From Octopus sinensis (taxonomy: Eukaryota): DNA of 64,000 nt. Of this stretch, positions 1 through 13,629 are shown piece by piece. The notes beneath the pieces were generated by a model. The model was not told the DNA's origin, ran no database searches, and saw nothing but the letters and a program-made list of their open reading frames with translations. The stretch is taken from assembly GCF_006345805.1 (NCBI RefSeq), contig NC_042998.1:84568001-84632000 (forward strand), given 5' to 3'. How positions within the stretch are numbered: position 1 is the stretch's first letter; each line of letters opens with the position of its first letter. Position numbers and translations under genes: made by a program.

Positions 1-175
1 CAAGTTCAGTTAACACTTTTTGAATCGTTGATGAGTCTATCACACTGAAATTGCTTACTAGACAAATACATCTCTGAGATATGTTTTTTACATTATAAGA
101 ATTTAGAAACTTTCTGGGATTTGAAGAGTCATTTTTAACAGTAGAACTCTCGGCAACTGACCTTTTACAACTCAT
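1..175 (-). CDS. Candidate 5' end of a protein-coding ORF running off the window edge (MSCKRSVAESSTVKNDSSNPRKFLNSYNVKNISQRCICLVSNFSVIDSSTIQKVLTEL...)
   Basis: ATG at 175-173 on the minus strand, followed by 58 stop-free codons to position 1 in non-repetitive sequence. It lies downstream of candidate minus-strand exons. It is absent from the ORF track because it is truncated. No product recognised. Confidence 0.45.
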   Translation of the reverse strand, partial: MSCKRSVAESSTVKNDSSNPRKFLNSYNVKNISQRCICLVSNFSVIDSSTIQKVLTEL

Positions 176-415
176 GGGTTTTTGTGTTTTTTTTTAAAAA
201 AACAATATTCTACATGCTATTATTTATAGCTTTACCTACTTCAAGTTCTGTTCCAAATGATATACTATTCCACATTATCATCAAAGGCTGTCCAATGTAG
301 ATCTGCGACTGCCTAGTCACAGATATTCTAATCCACTAGTCAAAATTATAAATCAAAAGAAGTACAACTTCAAAACAATTTCAATTAGAGCCAAATAAAA
401 TATTGTATAACTTAC

Positions 416-645
416 CAAAATAAAGTAATAATTGTTTTTATCCGCAAAAAGAAAGAGAAAGTTGGAATCGTATATATTATTTCCAAGTGTTAATAAATAT
501 GAACAATTTCACCATTAAGTGGGCAAAGTGCTTGCAAACTAACTGTGTAATTCCCTGTTGCTTCAAGTATTTGTTCACATCTTAACTGGTGAAGAATTGT
601 AGCATAGTAAGTTTCCATTCTACTATGAAATTACTTTCCGATGAG
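416..645 (-). other. Candidate non-coding leader exon
   Basis: Acceptor ttttctattatag at 647-646 and donor TTG|GTAAGT at 415-414. An 80-nt intron would lead to acceptor tttgactag at 337-336. All three frames contain stops. Confidence 0.45.
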
Positions 646-1944
646 CTATAATAGAAAAACAAATTTAAGGTGAGATAAATTGATATATGAATATTACATT
701 CTAATTATACTGTAAATGAAATATTTCATTTGTCATTCAGTACTAATCAAAGCCACACGAAAAATAATATAGTCCTAGACACATCATGAAGTCAGATTGT
801 GTGTGTGTGTATGTGTGCAGGTGTATACATGCATATGTGTGCATGTGTATATGTTAATATTTGGGTTGCTAACAGATGTAACACTTGAGTTATTTCTCAT
901 ATTCAGTTTTCAAATATATCTGTCTTTATTTTGTTTCTTCTAAAATACATTCATATTAGATTTCACTTCATCTCCTTTGCCCTTTCTTGCTTATTATTCA
1001 TCTTTGTAATTCCTAATTTCTATAAATAAACACATTTCAGTATTCAAACTAATGTTTTTTCAAAGTTTCTACATAACAAAACAATCTATTTGTCAACAAA
1101 GATTTAAATGAATTTAAATTTACTATCAACTAGTTTATGGTTCTTTTATCCAGCCTATGGTCTATTGTTTTAATAAAAAATCACATCCTAATTTTATACA
1201 TACCTCATTATTATCATCATTACCATCAATTTATGTCAACTTTCAATTAGGAGCAGTTACATACACTGGTACTAGTCTATATTATATTGGTGTTGTTTCT
1301 AAGGTCAGGTGACATTCTTCTCACCAATCACTTTACAAAGTGTACATGGCATATTATCTCATTGCACCAGCACTAGAAAGCTTTATAAGTCCTCAGAAAG
1401 ACAGGGCTAATGGGACCTTACAGCCCTATGCTTTCTCTACTCATTTGTGTTAATTAATTTTAACCATCACTTACATCATTGTTGAGAGGCAAAGTTGAGG
1501 ACAGCATAATTTGAAATACTACATTCTGAGTTCAAATTCCACTGAGGTTCATCTTGCCTGTCATCTTTCCTTTTAGCTGAGGGGAGGGCAGGTGATATAA
1601 TCCACTGTTTCCCTCCTTCCAAATTTCTAGCCTTGTGCCTATGTGTACTTGGTGCATTTTTGTGGCACCAGCATAAGGAGGTTGTCAAGTCATCAATGAG
1701 ACAGGACTAAGGGACATCAACTCACCCACTAATCACTAAGTGCGAAGGGCAGGCTTTTCATTATAACAGAGGGGTGAGTGCCTTGTATGCCATAAGTACA
1801 GAGAGGAAGCAATAACCTAAGACCTGTACTTGAGCCTAGGTAATATAATTGAGGAAGTGTGCTGGGGTAAACATGTGCAAGCAACAATCTTCATCATCAA
1901 GACTGCAAGAGATCCATTTATTTCATTATATATATGGTAAAGGC

Positions 1945-2215
1945 CCCTTCTGTCATGAATGACCATGGGATTGCACCTAGAAGGTTACCCTCTGAAGCAC
2001 AAGTCCAGAGAAAGTTGTTTATGGAAGACCAGCAATCATCCATGCCTACCAGCCTCCCCTCTTTATGCCTCTGATGTTATCCACAGGAAAGGCAAAGGCT
2101 GATACATCTTGGCATCAGTGATGTCACAACTCATTTCTACAGCTGGTCTGGGAATAGAACTCACTATGTCATGATTGTGAGCCTGACATGCTAACTGCAG
2201 AGCAATACACCTTCA
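1945..2215 (-). mobile_element. SINE fragment with Ceph-like central domain
   Basis: Closely similar to 11545-11740 (gaccatgg..ttgcacctagaa..ttaccctc...atggaagaccagca). Confidence 0.6.
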
Positions 2216-3754
2216 CACACACACACATACACCCTTTCTATTAAACATAGGCAGTGTTGCATACTTACAATCAATCATAAAAGCATGCATGGGCCTTCTG
2301 ACATGTTGCATGACTTTTGTAAACAAGAGGTTTGTAAACCATATCCAGGCTAATTTATTATTTGAATAGGTTAAGACTTTTACATTGCTTGGAAACAGGT
2401 GAGGGTTAACACATCTACCTCAACAAAATCTGTCTGACCCATGCAAGCATGGAGTAGTAAATGTTAAAACAATGACTATATACACACACAGACACATTTA
2501 ATTTTATACATTGAAGAAAGGCTTGATTGATATAGCAAGGTCAAACTACCATAAGGACTCAAGTTAGCAACTACAAAGAGAGCATTAAAAATAGTCAATT
2601 ACATCACGAGTAAGCAATTAATCCCATTATTTCTATTACAATTATCATCGCCATCATTTTTATTGCTATTATTATCTCAGAAGGAAGTGACTAAGTGTAA
2701 AATCATAGAGTGTTGATCTAAATGTCTTAGAATGGTGTATAGTTCTAATTTGCTATATTCAAAGTTCAAATCCTGCCAAAGATAAACTACCTTTCATTTA
2801 TTTACTATCAGTTAATAGGCAATAAAGTATGTACAAGTTGTCTTTTTAGTCCTTAAGTCAACCTTGATGGAGCAGGCTTACAATCTGATTCCAGCTGTGA
2901 CCATCCTGTCTTAGATATATTTAGGGTTACATTTTCTAATGCATCTTTTCCTTTTTCAAACACATTAGGGTGTGATTTACTATGTCAAGCAGGTCAATTG
3001 ACCATGTAAATATTTCCTTTTTGCTCCTGTTCTATATATAACAGTAAATCTACTTCAGCTAACAATTTCCTTCTAAAATAACCTTAAAATAATAATTAAG
3101 GCTTTTAAAAGCAATAGCAGAATTCTTAAGGCATCAGAGAAAATTGTTTTGTTTTGGTTCTTTATGTTGTGAGTTCAAATACTTCTAAGGTCAACTTTTG
3201 TCTTTCATACTTTCAAAGAATCTTGGACAGGAAGTGGGGTCCAACAAATTACCTGTTCTCTTTCCTTCACAGAATTTCTTACTTTGTACCAGAAATTTGA
3301 CAGAGAAGAGATAAGTAAGAATTTAAAGAAACTCTGTTGTTGATGATCATGATCATCCTTGTACAAACAACCCTAAGGCAGAGTAGCAGCATTGGCCAAG
3401 TTTTAGAGAAAATGCTTTGCTATATTTGACTATATCTTTTTGAGTTCAAATCTTGTCTGGGTTGACTTTGGACTTTATCCTTCCAGAATTGGAGGAATTA
3501 GTCTTGGTAACATACTGGAAATTAACTAACTTTGCTTCTCCTTCTGTATGTGCATGAGGTAAACCAGGTTTACAAAATTGCTTCCGCGCCAGACAAAATC
3601 TTAGTGGTATTTCTTCTGACTCTTTACATTAACTTTGCCCTTCAACCTTTCAAAGCTGATAAAATAGGTACTGGTCGAACACAGAGGTTGATGTAACGGG
3701 CCTACAACCATCAAACATTGTTGCCATTGATGCCAAAATTTGAAACCATAATTA

Positions 3755-4155
3755 TAATTAAAATGGCAAACTGGCAGAATCATTACTGTGTTGGACAAAA
3801 TGCTTGGCATTTCTTCCAGCTTTATGTTCAGGGTTCAAATGCTGCTGTGATCGATGAGTACCAGATGAGCATTGGCGTTGATATAATCAACAAGACCCCT
3901 CCCGCAAAACTTTCAGGCTTTGTGCCTATAGTAGAAAGAATTATTTAAGGTGGTGAGCTCACAGAACTGTTTAGCAGGCCATACAAAATGCTTTCACCTG
4001 TCTTTATGTTCCAAGTTCAAATTCCACCAAGGTTGACTTTGCCTTTCATCCTTTTGGAGTCAACCTAATAAGTACCAGTTGAGTACTGGATCCAATCAAC
4101 TATCCCCTTCCCCACATAATTTCAGGCCTTGTGCCTATATTAGAAAGGATTATTA
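3755..4155 (+). mobile_element. Two tandem degenerate tRNA-derived SINE copies (family B)
   Basis: gagct..cagaa head, gttcaaat B-box-like motif, gactttgcctttcatcctt core; similar to 9454-9670. Confidence 0.65.
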
Positions 4156-5449
4156 CTATTCCTGACACTAAGGTGTTGATGTGGTATGAGCAGCAGTAGA
4201 AAGAAAAAAAGTATTAAATACCTTGTGGTATTTAATTACATCCTTTTATTTTCTCAGGCCATATGAAATCAAGTGGAGGGTGGGTGTGTGATAAGAAGAA
4301 CTAGTCATATACTGATCAAATAATTACATAACATGCTTCCAAATTCATGATTTTGCTTCTCAATGCAAGAAATTATTTTATAAATACCTTAATATTAATT
4401 ACTCCACTAAGGAGGACTTTACCATTCTTATTCAAGGGATCAATAAAGGAACCATTGGTAAAATGCAAGGAAAATCTAACGGACTATCCAAAATTGGAAA
4501 ATTATCTACTCTGAGTATGCACCTGTAGGTGCCAGAAAATGACACCTACAGGTGAGAGAGAGTACTTGTCCTTGGTGGTCAGTCATCGAGGGCTTTTGTA
4601 GAGTTAATTAGTCCTGCAGCTTTCCCCACCCCCATTGGACAATATTTTTGTTAGAAATTTGTTATTTTTGTTACCTTTTTTTTTCTCCCCATCACCATCA
4701 TGTTTGTATTTTGTCCTATTATGTTGTCTGTCTGTCTGCTTTGGAGCTTTTGTGGCTTATTAGCCAAATCATCATCATTATATTTAACTAAGCTGGGGTG
4801 AATGGATTAGGAGTGATTACAGAAAATAAGGAAAGAAAAACAAAACAGGACTAAGTGGCTGCAATCTTTTCTACAGGTGTAAAAGAAAACCTAATTTTGA
4901 CATAGATAAACATTAAGAAATGTAGCAAGATTAAGTACATTCCACTTGGCAGCATTATTCAAACCTACGTCAATTCTGATCAAGTAAATTCATCTTCAAA
5001 GATGATCCAAACATGACTTTTCATATATCAGGAACCACAATATCTAGTGTATCCGTTAAGATAACAGAGTGTAATTTGAAAGAGATTTGGTCCTTGTTTC
5101 TAGCAAACTGATTGAATATATATAAATATACATAATGTAGGTAGGTTAGTGACAGCCTTATAGCAATCACAAATGAAATTTTAGACACAATATTATTGCA
5201 GTAGAGACATGTGTGCATAGTGGAGCTATTTTTACTAAGCAGTGCACACAAATGCATCTTAGTGAATGTGCATTCATGAGCATATGTGAGAACATGAGTT
5301 GTACATATGGCAATGCACATTTTCAAACATATGAACATCTATGCATGTATGCTTCTGCATATATATGCATATATACAAAGATACATATTTGTACATACTT
5401 TCAACATAAATGTTTATGTATGATGTGCCATATGAACATGTATCTCATC

Positions 5450-5815
5450 TTTTTACTTGTTTCACTCATTAAATTGCAGCCATACTGGGGCACTGCCTTC
5501 AAGGGGTTTAGTCAAACGAATCAACCCAGTACTCAGTTTTCTTAAGCCTGGTAATTATTCTATCAATCTCTTATACTGAATCACTAAGTTACAGGGACAT
5601 AAGAAAAAAACATTGGTTGTCAAATGGTGTTGAGGGACAAATACACACACACACACACTTTGTTCCATTTCCATCTGCCAAAACCACTCACCAGACTTTG
5701 GTTAGCTCGGGAAAATAGCGGTAGACACTTGCCTAAGGTGCCATGCAGTAGGACCAAACCCAGAACCATGTGGTTGGGAAGTAAACTTCCTACCACACAG
5801 CCATACCTGTGCCTA
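5450..5815 (-). mobile_element. tRNA-derived SINE (family A)
   Basis: Reverse complement of the family A copy at 13175-13545. Confidence 0.75.
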
Positions 5816-5886
5816 TATGTATAGACATTCATGTGCATAGGGGTTCATGAATACATATATGTACATACACAACATAAATGTATGCT

Positions 5887-5888
<2 letters not shown>

Positions 5889-5972
<84 letters not shown>

Positions 5973-5980
5973 CATATACA
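5889..5980. repeat. (TG)n followed by (TA)n microsatellite
   Basis: Directly visible. Confidence 0.95.
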
Positions 5981-6512
5981 TACTTGTACATACATACACA
6001 CACACACGTGCGTATAAATCTGTTGCATGCTTGCATACCTGGATTTATGTACATGGAGAGTACATATTTATGTGCATGCAAGCTTGAACATATACATTAG
6101 TATGAGCTGGTGAGATTTGCCATGTATAATTGATGACTGAGTCATTAGGCTTGTAATATTGAACTAAAATCCTCCCATAGGCCTAAGTCATTTTACATCT
6201 TAGAATCTCTCCATGAAGACAGAATCTTCAAGATAGTACCCCAAAATAAATACAGTGGGTTACAGGATATTATAAATAATTTTTTCAAGATAATTAGACA
6301 GTTTAGAAGATCAAGCTATCAAAACATTAACAAAATACATTAGAGAAAACAAATTCTACAAATACTCATGCCAACTTATAAAACAGGTGTAAAATTTATT
6401 ATGACAATAAAAAAAATTGAGAAAATTCAAACACAAATGTTAAAACAAGATGTAACTAATGTTCAGTAAAGATTTACTTAATTTTCTTCAGAAATAATAC
6501 AACTTTTGATAC

Positions 6513-6569
6513 CTCATATGTAGGTACCGTCATTTAATTAAGATGAATCATTTGAAGTGTCTTGGCATG
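6513..6569 (-). other. Candidate 57-nt non-coding exon
   Basis: Acceptor tttcattatctcaatttactcacag and donor GAG|GTATCA. Stops in all three frames. Confidence 0.3.
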
Positions 6570-7242
6570 CTGTGAGTAAATTGAGATAATGAAATATAAA
6601 TAAATTTCTGATACAACATTTAAATAAAAAAAATTTCATATTGCAGACAAAAACATAGAATGAAAATAAAATTTAGAAGATAGGAAAAATAATTCCAAGA
6701 TATTTCTTGGTGTCTAGCCATGTATACATATAAACGTTTACTGCCAGTGAATTTTATGGCAGAAAAAATATATAAATATCAGAAGTTTTGGGTTTCCATT
6801 TTCCTGTCCACACAAACATTGGACTGAAAACTGGAGCACTTACAATGGCTTATAATATCAAGTTTTCTACAGTGTAGCTTGATCTGCTGAATACAACAGT
6901 CAAATCTCCCTAAACAAATGAGAAATGAGCCCTGTGTGGTACAGAGGCTGCTGCATTAAGTATCACTGACCATTCTCCTTAACAGTGCTATTGCAGTCAT
7001 GACTATGGAGTACAACTAAACATACCATTTATTCTAGAGTGTGCACCTTTTGTTTTGCTCCCATCTGTTGCTTAATCCTGTTCCTTTCTTTTCCTTTTCT
7101 GTTTATTTATCTCCTTGTAATTAAATTGTAACTAAACAAACTATCAGTGAATTTAAACTGAAAATCACAGGATCTGAGGACAGAATCTTAAGATGAGTAT
7201 TTTCTCACAATATAAACTTGGAGACTTACTTTCCAGGTCATG

Positions 7243-7341
7243 TAAGTGAATGAGATTATGACATTTACCCCCACTCACATCTGAATGTGACACAAGTGAA
7301 TGAGACTATGACATTCACCTGACACACACCTGAATGTGACA
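7243..7341. repeat. Tandem duplication of a unit of about 50 bp
   Basis: aagtgaatgagattatgacattt...ctgaatgtgaca occurs twice with a few mismatches. Confidence 0.8.
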
Positions 7342-7999
7342 TCAGTCTCTCACAGAGTTAACTTCCCAGCTACTGCTGCAACTCATTTGCAGGTAAGTGA
7401 ACTGGAGCAAGAATGAAATGAAGTGTCTTCCTCAAGAACACAATGTACCACCTGGACTAGAAAGTGAACCGATGATCTTATAATCTTGAGTATAAAATCC
7501 TCACCACTAGGCCATTCACCTTCATATAAAACCTGGTGACCAGCATCAAAACCAGTTGACATGAAGCAGGTCTTATTTCTGTGTATCAAAAAGGTATTGA
7601 ATTTAACAATCACATTTGATCAGTAAGTAATATTATTGCTATATTTACTGAGCAGAATTGACCAAGGCTACAAGTCTGCAATGACTTTTCACATTGGCAT
7701 AATGATTTTTCACAAGGTCACAAATTTGAAAGAAATGACAAAGATATTTTATGGACCAAAGCGTGATGAAATTAAATTCAAACCCAACTTGGAGAGCAAG
7801 GTGGAATAACTAAAAACTGCATCTGTTTTCATTTATCCACAAGACAACTCTGATCAAGCGAATCTAAAGTCAAAGGAATTTTAGTCACAACAATCTATTG
7901 AGTAAATACTCAATGCATCTTTCCTTCCTTTAAGACAAGAGTTACTTGAGGGAGTTTTGACTTCTATTTCTACAGAATAATATTTTTGCTGGGTGTTAC

Positions 8000-8190
8000 A
8001 GTGCTGGCATCACATAAAAAGCACCCACTACACACTGTAAAGTGGTTAGTATTAGGAAGGGCATCCAGCCATAAAAACCATGTTAAAACAGACAACTGGA
8101 ACTTGGTGCAGCCCTCTGGCTTGCCACCTCCTATCAAAATGTCCAACCCATGCCGGCATGGAAAACAGATATTAAATGAGGATGATGATG
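8000..8190 (+). mobile_element. RTE-type retroelement 3' tail
   Basis: attaggaagggcatccagc motif, ccaacccatgcc.gcatggaaa and a (GAT)n tail, as in 63190-63750. Confidence 0.7.
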
Positions 8191-9453
8191 TACAATAAAT
8201 ACTACTTACTATTCTCAGTTCTAAAATAACAACTACACCAATGATCAGCACTTTGCAGGTTTCACAGACAAACTTAGATATGATAAGACTTGGAATGATA
8301 ATAGACTATATTTAAACTTAGAGAACTTATAGGTTATGTATAAACTTACAGAAAAGAATGTAATAATTAGAAAAAGGAAAATATTTTGTAAAAACATTGT
8401 TGCAAGTAATGGTTTATGCAAGGCAAGACTGTAGTTAAATAGTTTGAACCCAATATCACATGGCTTGGAAACAATCTCACAGCATGGTACCTTCAAGTTT
8501 CTACTACAGCCCTTGGCAGACTAAAACCTTGTAAATGGATATGGTGGACAGAAATTAAAAGTGTGTGTGTGTGTGTGTGTGCCTTGACATCATGGGATAG
8601 TTATAAATGAGCATCAGTTATTCAAATGGAGTCTTTCATGGAAACATGTCTAGCCATGTGGAAATATTACCTCACTTGGAATCAAGTAAGGGTTGGCAAT
8701 GGAAGGCATCTAACTTTAGAAAACCTGCTTCGGTGAATTCTGTCAGAGCTATACAAGCATAGAAATGTAGATGTTAAAACAGCAATGATGATGTTTTCTT
8801 GAAATAATATATCTGTAAATTTGTTTCTGTATTAGAGAAAGTACGTTGGTCTGGTTTCCCAGTTGCCTTCAAGTAAGCAATTATTTAGGCTAAGTAGTAA
8901 ACAGAAGTTAAATTTAATGTTTTGGCAGACAGTTGTATTAACTGAATTTTTTAAAATAAATTGAACCAAAAAATAATTATATACAACACAATGTTTATTT
9001 CTTCAAAATAAATTATAAGAAATCAAAATTTGATTTGTTTAATCAATTAATTTATTTATTGTCAAAAGAAGATCTACCTCACCCTAACCAGTAAATATTT
9101 TTGGAATATTGCAAATATAAACTGCAAATTGTCATATATATATATGGATAGGACACCAGTCTATGGATGGTTCTGATGTCACTTTTTGTTGACAAAATGG
9201 ATATCAGAGGTATCCCTTTTTCAGATAATCATCTGGTACCCATAAACAGCTGATTAAACCAAGACTGAAGAATTGTGTGTGTCATTCCCAGAAACACATT
9301 AAAATACCAGAAACAGAAATCAATTCAAAATTAAACAGTTCAATACCTTATCTTCACAGCTATCTAATCCCCAGAGGAATAGAAGGATCAGTACTGATTG
9401 AAAGAGCCATATTTCCACCACCTTCTTTATATCTCTATTATTCTTTTACTTTT

Positions 9454-9670
9454 AAGGAGGTGAGCTGGCAGAAACATTAGCATGCCAGTCGAAATGCTTA
9501 GCGGTATTTCGTCTGTCTTTATGTTCTGAGTTCAAATTCTGCCAAGGTCAACTTTGCCTTTCATCCTTTTGGGGTCGATAAATTAAGTACCAGCTACATA
9601 CTGGGGTTGAGCTAATCGATTGGCACCCCGCTCCTACAAAATTTGGGGCATAGAGTAGAAAAGATTATTC
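9454..9670 (+). mobile_element. tRNA-derived SINE (family B), near full length
   Basis: Head gagctggcagaaacattagca, B-box-like gagttcaaattc, core ctttgcctttcatccttttggggtcgataaattaagtaccag. Multiple copies in the window. Confidence 0.8.
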
Positions 9671-10804
9671 TTTTACTTGTTTCAGCATTTGACAGTGGCT
9701 CTTCTGGAGCACTCCATTTTTAAAAATATTTTAGTTAGAAGAAGAGACACTGACCCTGGAAGAATGAAAGGCAAAACTCAACACAAAACACATTACATAA
9801 AGCATTCTATCTAAAGCTCCAAAGACTGCCAATTCGTCGCCTTGATGAGAAAAACTAATATACTAACAGCAATTCTTAGTTTAAGACTAACACCATAATT
9901 TTTTTAACTTTAACAAATACCATATTCATGTAAATACCATTTCATTTCATGAATACTAACAGGATCCATTTCTTTAGTAATTTAACCTCATGTAAAACTA
10001 AATTGGTTAAGGTAGAATGCATGAACATAGCTGAAAGGTTCGCCAACAAGTAGAACTGTGTAAAGATATTATTATTATTTCAAGCAAAAGTAACATCACA
10101 AAGAGTTGTTTTCTGTTCATTAATTATAGATAATTAATGTAATGATTTTAAAGTTGAAGGATTTTTTAGGGCCATGATAGAAATGCTGCTATCTACTTAT
10201 GCAACAGTAAGGAAGCAATCATAAAAACAGATATTTGTATTCAAGATGAGCTATTAGTACATTTTATAATACATGTGTCTGTCTATTGTACTATTTATAA
10301 ACATAATTCTGTCATTTAAATATAGAGCATTTGCTTTATCAGAGTATTGTCTAGTTTTACTTGATTATTACATTTAGCACACACTGTTCCAGTATATACA
10401 CAGTCTTTTCACCAAATAAGAAGTAGCTTGAACATGGTATGACAAACTGACTGAATGTTTAGAAATGTTTAAAATAACAGTTTTGGTGGCTTGCAGCTTT
10501 GAGTTTACATTCTGTTAGTGCAGAACAGAGATTGAGTAACAAACTTGCAACAGATGGGCAACTTAGTCTAATTTTTAGATATTATAGAAGCCAAATAAGT
10601 GCCAGTGCTATGAACAGACGTATGGTTCAGAAATAAAGAAGATGACAATGACAAGGTAGATGTAGACATGGCTGTTGCTTAACTCTAGGTCGACCTTGAC
10701 TGAAGAGACCTATAATCAAAATCAATCCAAGCATGACCATCTATTTTCTGATTTATCTAATATATCTAAGACTACTTAGATACTCTAGTGTCTTTACAAA
10801 GAAT

Positions 10805-11260
10805 ACTCTTTTTACTCTCTTTTACTCGTTTCAGTCATTTGACTGTGGCCATGCTGGAGCACCGCCTTTAGTCGAGCAAATTGGCCCTAGGACTTATTCT
10901 TTGGAAGCCTAGTACTTATTCTATCAGGCTCTTTTGTTGAACCGCTAAGTTACGGGGACGTAAACACACCACCATCGGTTGTCAAGTGATGTTGGGAAGA
11001 CAAACACAGACACACAAACATATACACACACATATATATATATATATATACATATATATATACATATATACATATATATACATATACATATATATGAGGG
11101 TTTCTTTCAGTTTCCATCTACCAAATCCACTCACAAGGCTTAGGTCGACCTGAGACTATAGTAGAAGACACATGCCCAAGGTGCCACACAGTGGGAATGA
11201 ACCCGAAACCATGTGGTTGGTAAGCAAGCTACTTACCACACAGCTACTCCTGCACCTATA
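10805..11260 (-). mobile_element. tRNA-derived SINE (family A), full length, with internal TA/CA microsatellite
   Basis: Pol III-like head at about 11190-11255, CORE-like accttgggcatgtgtctt, (AAAGAGT)n-like tail at 10805-10827. Confidence 0.85.
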
Positions 11261-11544
11261 GTATAGGATATGAGAGAAATTTGACTGCTATTTCTTGCAA
11301 ACTGTGTGATGCAGGGCGTATTTGTAGCTCAGACTAGATATACCATTTCAGATGAATCTGTATTTGTGAACCTGGACTATGAAAGAGCTTCAAAATCACC
11401 TTCGTAAGTTCACAAAGCTTTTCATGAAGGCTCAAAACATCTCAAATGAGCATAAGACCAAAGAGGAGACTTAAAGATGCAATCCACCCACCTCTAATAT
11501 TGTTGTTCAATGTGGGGTAATAACAGGCCATACTTGTTGTGTTG

Positions 11545-11980
11545 TTGTGACCCCCTTCGGTCATGACTGACCATGGCATTGCACCTAGAAAGTTACCCTC
11601 CGAGGCACAAGTCTGGGAAAGGTTGTTTATGGAAGACCAGCAGTCGCCCATGCATACCAACCTCCCCTCTCCATGCCACCGATGTTATCCAAGGGAAGGG
11701 CAAAAGCCAATACAGCTTGGCACCAGTGACGTTGCAGCTCATTTATTAACATGCAAGTGGCTGAGCACTCCACAGACACATGTACCCTTAACATAGTTCT
11801 CGGTGAGATTCAGCATGACCCAGAGTGTGACAAGGCTGGCCCTTTGAAATACAGGTACAACAGAAACAGGAAGAAAGAGTGAGAGAAAGTTGTGGTGAAA
11901 GAGTACAGTAGAGTTCACCACCACCCACTGCCGGAGCCTCGTGAAGCTTTGGGTGTTTTCGCTCAATAAACACTCCTGAC
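11545..11980 (-). mobile_element. SINE with Ceph-like domain; shares sequence with the tRNA-Arg-like SINE at 53853
   Basis: gtgtttattgagcgaaaa is shared with 53937-53954. The 3' part matches 1945-2145 and ends in an (ACA)n-like tail. Domain name is from memory. Confidence 0.65.
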
Positions 11981-12144
11981 ACAGAATAGTGAAATGTTAT
12001 CTTAGTTGTGACGACTTGGAGATAAAATTGAGAATAAGCTAAATAGGTCTTGAAATGGAAACAATAAGGATCTGTTTAAGACTGGTACATCAAATGCTCA
12101 AGATGCAGTTTTCACTATATAGAAGACAAACAATTTGAGAATAT

Positions 12145-12229
12145 GGGTATGTATGGTGTGTGGCATGCGTGTGGTGTGTGTGTGCACGTGGTGTGTGTGC
12201 ACGTGCGGTGTGTGTGCATGCAGAGTGTG

Positions 12230-12271
<42 letters not shown>

Positions 12272-12320
12272 GTGTGTGTGGTGTATGTATGTATGTATGT
12301 GATGTATGTGTGCACATGTG
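12145..12320. repeat. Compound (TG)n/(TATG)n microsatellite
   Basis: Directly visible. Confidence 0.9.
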
Positions 12321-13174
12321 AAATCATTTTAATGCCCACTTCTCTATGCTTGTGTGAATCAAGCACAATTTCTCGTCATAGATTTTCAACAGCTCGATGT
12401 CCTTACTGTTGTAAACCCTCACCTGTCTCCAAGTAACAATATTTCCCTATGACCAGGTTTTCATAGAAGACTGGAAATGAAGGACTCTGCTTGCATAATG
12501 GTGGCACTTGTTTACAACTATCACACAAAGTCAAGACATAAAGAAGGTAACACAAACAGAGTCACACTCATATGACAGGCTTCTTTTCAGTTTTCAACCA
12601 AAACCACTCACAGGGGGTTAGTTTTCTAGAAGTTTAGTAAAAGACACTTGCCCAAGGTTCCAGGTAGTGCAATGAGACTGAACCTGAAACCATGTGGATG
12701 GGAAGCAAACTTCCTACCACACACCTACATAGGAATATTTCACAATCTTATAATTCTGCTTGTTCCTCTGTTACTTAGCCTGTCTGTAACACGTCCATAT
12801 GATTAGTGGAAGGGGGAGAGAGGGAAGGAGGAAGGGGAGAGGGGGGTGAAATGTGTAATTTTTTTTTTGAAGTATCCTCCATTACTTAGCCCATCTGTAA
12901 CACTTTCATGTGATTGGTTGAAGGGAAAGGCGAAGAGTGAAAGAAAAAGGAGAAAGAAAAAGAGGGTAAGGCAAAGAGTGAGAAAGAAAGAGGGAGAGTG
13001 CTGTGTATTAAGTTTATAAGATTGTATATAAAGTATATAAAATGCATTAAGTAACCATTGTATTCCAATTTCATTCACTTTTCAATTATTTGCAGATGAA
13101 TGGCTATCTTTTGATACAAATACAATACAGGTTATGCTTTCAGATTTTTTGGATCAAGTTTTCAGAAATAGACA

Positions 13175-13545
13175 TAGGAGTGGCTGTGTGGTAAGTAGCT
13201 TGTTTACGAACCACATGGTTCTGGTCCAGTCCCACTGCATGGCACCTTGGGCAAGTGTCTTCAACTATAGCCTCGGGCCGACCAAAGCCTTGTGAGTGGA
13301 TTTGGTAGACGGAAACTGAAAGTAGCCCGTTGTGTGTGTGTATGTGTGTCTGTATTTGTCCCCCCAACATCGCTTGACAAACGATGGTGGTGTGTTTATG
13401 TCCCCATAACTTAGCGGTTCGGCAAAAGTGACCAATAGAATAAGTACTAGGCTTACAAAGAATAAGTCCTGGGGTTGATTTCCTCGACTAAAGGTGGTGC
13501 TCCAGCATGGACACAGTCAAATGACTGAAACAAGTAAAAGAGTAA
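13175..13545 (+). mobile_element. tRNA-derived SINE (family A), full length
   Basis: A-box-like tggctgtgtgg, B-box-like gtccagtccc, CORE-like caccttgggcaagtgtctt, internal (TG)n, tail aagtaaaagagtaa. Confidence 0.85.
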
Positions 13546-13629
13546 ATAACCCAAAACGTTTACCATTAATTAAGTGAAATATTCAAGGGTCTCGCTAGCA
13601 TATATAAATTTATTTATTTTAAAAAAATC

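Noticed and set aside
5813-6100. Short ORFs rich in HT/CV/YI/LS/ER repeats (also at 12.1, 14.1, 32.9, 33.7 and 45.0 kb)
   Set aside because: They are translations of dinucleotide microsatellites.
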